In this document: positions 62,409 through 64,000 of the stretch, piece by piece
Position numbering within the stretch: the first letter of the stretch is position 1
Layout: each line of letters starts with the position of its first letter
Source of the DNA: an uncultured bacterium
GTDB lineage: Bacteria; Patescibacteriota; Saccharimonadia; UBA4664
NCBI GenBank assembly: GCA_963720265.1
Contig: CAVRET010000001.1
Location: forward strand, 261,916 to 325,915
Direction of reading: 5' to 3'
DNA: 64,000 nucleotides
Notes under the pieces: generated by a model
Told to the model about the DNA's origin: nothing
Database searches by the model: none
Seen by the model: only the letters and a program-made list of their open reading frames with translations
Program-made: the position numbers and the translations under genes

Positions 62409-64000
62409 TTAATCTCCGAACCAGGTCCAGGTGGGCGCGGAGGAATACGTAAGGGTAATAGCCTGGCCGGCGGGGAGACGGATGCTGCCTGTTGTTAGGC
62501 CGGTTGATGCACCGCCAACAGCAATAGCACTTACGCTACCACCCAAAACGTAAACCGTGCAGTCGACGTTAAATGGGTTCGTGAGCGGTGTTCCTGAGGC
62601 CGGAACTGTGGGCGCTGATAGTGAACCAACGGGGTTATAGCCCAGATTCTGCGCAATTTTACCATTCGTGCCGGTGACGCCTGAGAGGTTGCCAATGGCC
62701 TGGTTAACGTTGCCGCGAAGATCATTGCCGGTGATGGCGAAGTTGTCGGTGGCGCCGGAGTCAAAGTTAATGCCGTTGCTTTGGGTGGTGCCTTGCTGCC
62801 AACCGTTGCCGATGCGGCAACTCTCGACGGTAAGACCCATGACGCCGGCTGTAACCTCGATGCCGGAGCGGGTGTTGGTGGTGGTGATAGAGTTGGCAAT
62901 GATGTCGCAGCCGGTGATACCTATGTCGGAGCCGCCGGCGAGGCGCAAACCCGCCAGGCCATTGTGTAATATTTTGCAGCCCACAAAGCGAAAGCCCTGG
63001 ATGAGGCCGGTGCCGCCTTGCTCGATTAGTACGCCATAATTTGTGGCGCTGCCGGCCCAGCAGTTTACGAACGCCAGGCCGACCACGTCTCCCCCGTTCG
63101 CGCCGGTGAGCTTGACGGAGTTGTCGCTGGCGGTGTCGAATTCGGCTGTGGTAAAGAAGCCCCAGCGACATTGCCGACCAGTGGACGGCGCCACCAGGAA
63201 GCCTTCGCCAAAGTGCAGGAAGTCGCAGTTTTGGATAACGAAGTTCTCGCCGCCGAGCCACTGCAGGCCGGGGTTCGAGTTGGCAACGTTGGGGTTGTCG
63301 GCCGCGATGTTATTCAGATAGCAGTCGTAGCCGGCGCCGAGGTCGGATTCGAACACGAAGGCGCTTTCGGAGTTATCGCGGATATCGGAATCGCGAAAAA
63401 AGGTTTCGGTACAGTTGAGTATGTGAACGGCCCGGTAGCCGTGCTCAGCGCGTACCCGTACGATCCAGGTTTTGAACCCGAGCCAGACCTTGATCGCGGT
63501 GCCGGCCGTGCGTTGGGTGGCGGCGTCAAACAGAATGTCCTCGATGCGGACGTGCGCGATCGTGTCGGTGCCGTCGCCGACCTGGAGCATGGTGACTGTG
63601 GTAGCGGAAGAGGTAGTTTTTATGACCGAAGCGCCGGCACCGGCGCCCACGAGACCAATGTCGTCGCTGGTGATGTTGAGTTGCGATGAAATCATGTAAA
63701 TGCCGGGCGGCAGATACACAATGCCGCTGCCGGAACCTTGGCAGGCATTAATGGCAGCTTGAACGGCGGCCGTGTCGTCGGTGGCGCCGTCGCCGGCCGC
63801 ACCATAGGCCTTCACGTCGTAAACTTGCCCGCCTTTATCAAGTAGCGGGGCGGTCAGCGTGCCAGTTTTGGTTTGGCTTGAGGTTAGGTCAACGAAGTTT
63901 TGGGAAATTGAGCCGGTGCCGCCTTGGTTGATAGGTAGCGCTGCAGTTAGGTGCGTGCCGGTAATCGTGGGGACGGCGGCTGTGCCGCCGAGGTCGCCGG
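62409..64000 (-). CDS. Right-handed parallel beta-helix protein (pectate-lyase-superfamily / tailspike-like), N-terminus beyond window end
   Basis: VKAYGAAGDGATDDTAAVQAAINA motif, many NxxG beta-helix rungs. Reading frame stays open upstream of the GTG at 63815 to the window edge. Confidence 0.6.
   Translation of the reverse strand, partial: GDLGGTAAVPTITGTHLTAALPINQGGTGSISQNFVDLTSSQTKTGTLTAPLLDKGGQVYDVKAYGAAGDGATDDTAAVQAAINACQGSGSGIVYLPPGIYMISSQLNITSDDIGLVGAGAGASVIKTTSSATTVTMLQVGDGTDTIAHVRIEDILFDAATQRTAGTAIKVWLGFKTWIVRVRAEHGYRAVHILNCTETFFRDSDIRDNSESAFVFESDLGAGYDCYLNNIAADNPNVANSNPGLQWLGGENFVIQNCDFLHFGEGFLVAPSTGRQCRWGFFTTAEFDTASDNSVKLTGANGGDVVGLAFVNCWAGSATNYGVLIEQGGTGLIQGFRFVGCKILHNGLAGLRLAGGSDIGITGCDIIANSITTTNTRSGIEVTAGVMGLTVESCRIGNGWQQGTTQSNGINFDSGATDNFAITGNDLRGNVNQAIGNLSGVTGTNGKIAQNLGYNPVGSLSAPTVPASGTPLTNPFNVDCTVYVLGGSVSAIAVGGASTGLTTGSIRLPAGQAITLTYSSAPTWTWFGD

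Noticed and set aside
62409-63815. Track start (GTG at 63815) of the beta-helix protein
   Set aside because: The reading frame remains open upstream to the window edge, so the gene is 5'-truncated by the window rather than starting here.
1-64000. CRISPR arrays, rRNA genes, retron/DGR reverse transcriptases
   Set aside because: No regularly spaced direct repeats, no rRNA-like conserved stretches and no YxDD reverse-transcriptase motif were seen on visual scanning. Short arrays could still have been missed without a tool.

Overview
This 64 kb window of bacterial chromosome is about 55-60% GC and densely coded. Most genes are on the minus strand, and many adjacent genes overlap by 4 bp. Housekeeping content includes an ECF sigma factor, cysS, recR, ybaB, dnaB, dnaX, rdgB, glyA, thyA, a DHFR-like gene, secE-nusG, rplK-rplA, rplJ-rplL, an archaeal-type aspS and one tRNA-Gln(UUG). 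The small-genome character fits a reduced-genome lineage, possibly Patescibacteria/CPR such as Saccharibacteria, but that is inference only.

Woven into this backbone are several accessory modules:
- A glycan locus at 16.6-26.8 kb that looks the most novel. It combines a GtrA flippase, a GT2 polyprenol-phosphate glycosyltransferase, two GT-C membrane transferases and three genes carrying five GH130 beta-mannoside-phosphorylase modules. One GH130 gene is a tandem-domain fusion and another is frameshifted.
- An intact IS982-family insertion sequence (907 bp, perfect 17-bp inverted repeats, 5-bp TTCTG target-site duplication). A consensus sigma70 promoter sits just outside its right end and faces a GC-rich small membrane ORF.
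- An IS110-family transposase inside an accessory islet (unknown protein, long-tailed cold-shock-domain protein, PD-(D/E)XK-like protein). The islet sits between the rplJ leader and glyA.
- A four-gene insertion that separates nusG from rplK.
- A thymidylate module: glyA, a nucleoside deoxyribosyltransferase-like gene, DHFR-like gene, thyA, and a dCMP deaminase fused to an unknown N-terminal domain.
- A putative sugar-1-P kinase / nucleotidyltransferase / GalT-like HIT trio.
- A leaderless Phd/YefM-VapC toxin-antitoxin pair flanked by a repeated ~35-nt motif.
- A dockerin-like secreted protein.
- Several GC-rich (65-68%) ORFs that are probably foreign.

Ribosomal protein L1 carries a 124-aa charged N-terminal extension. 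No CRISPR array or rRNA gene was seen. All coordinates come from manual reading of the supplied sequence and ORF track; no database searches were run.
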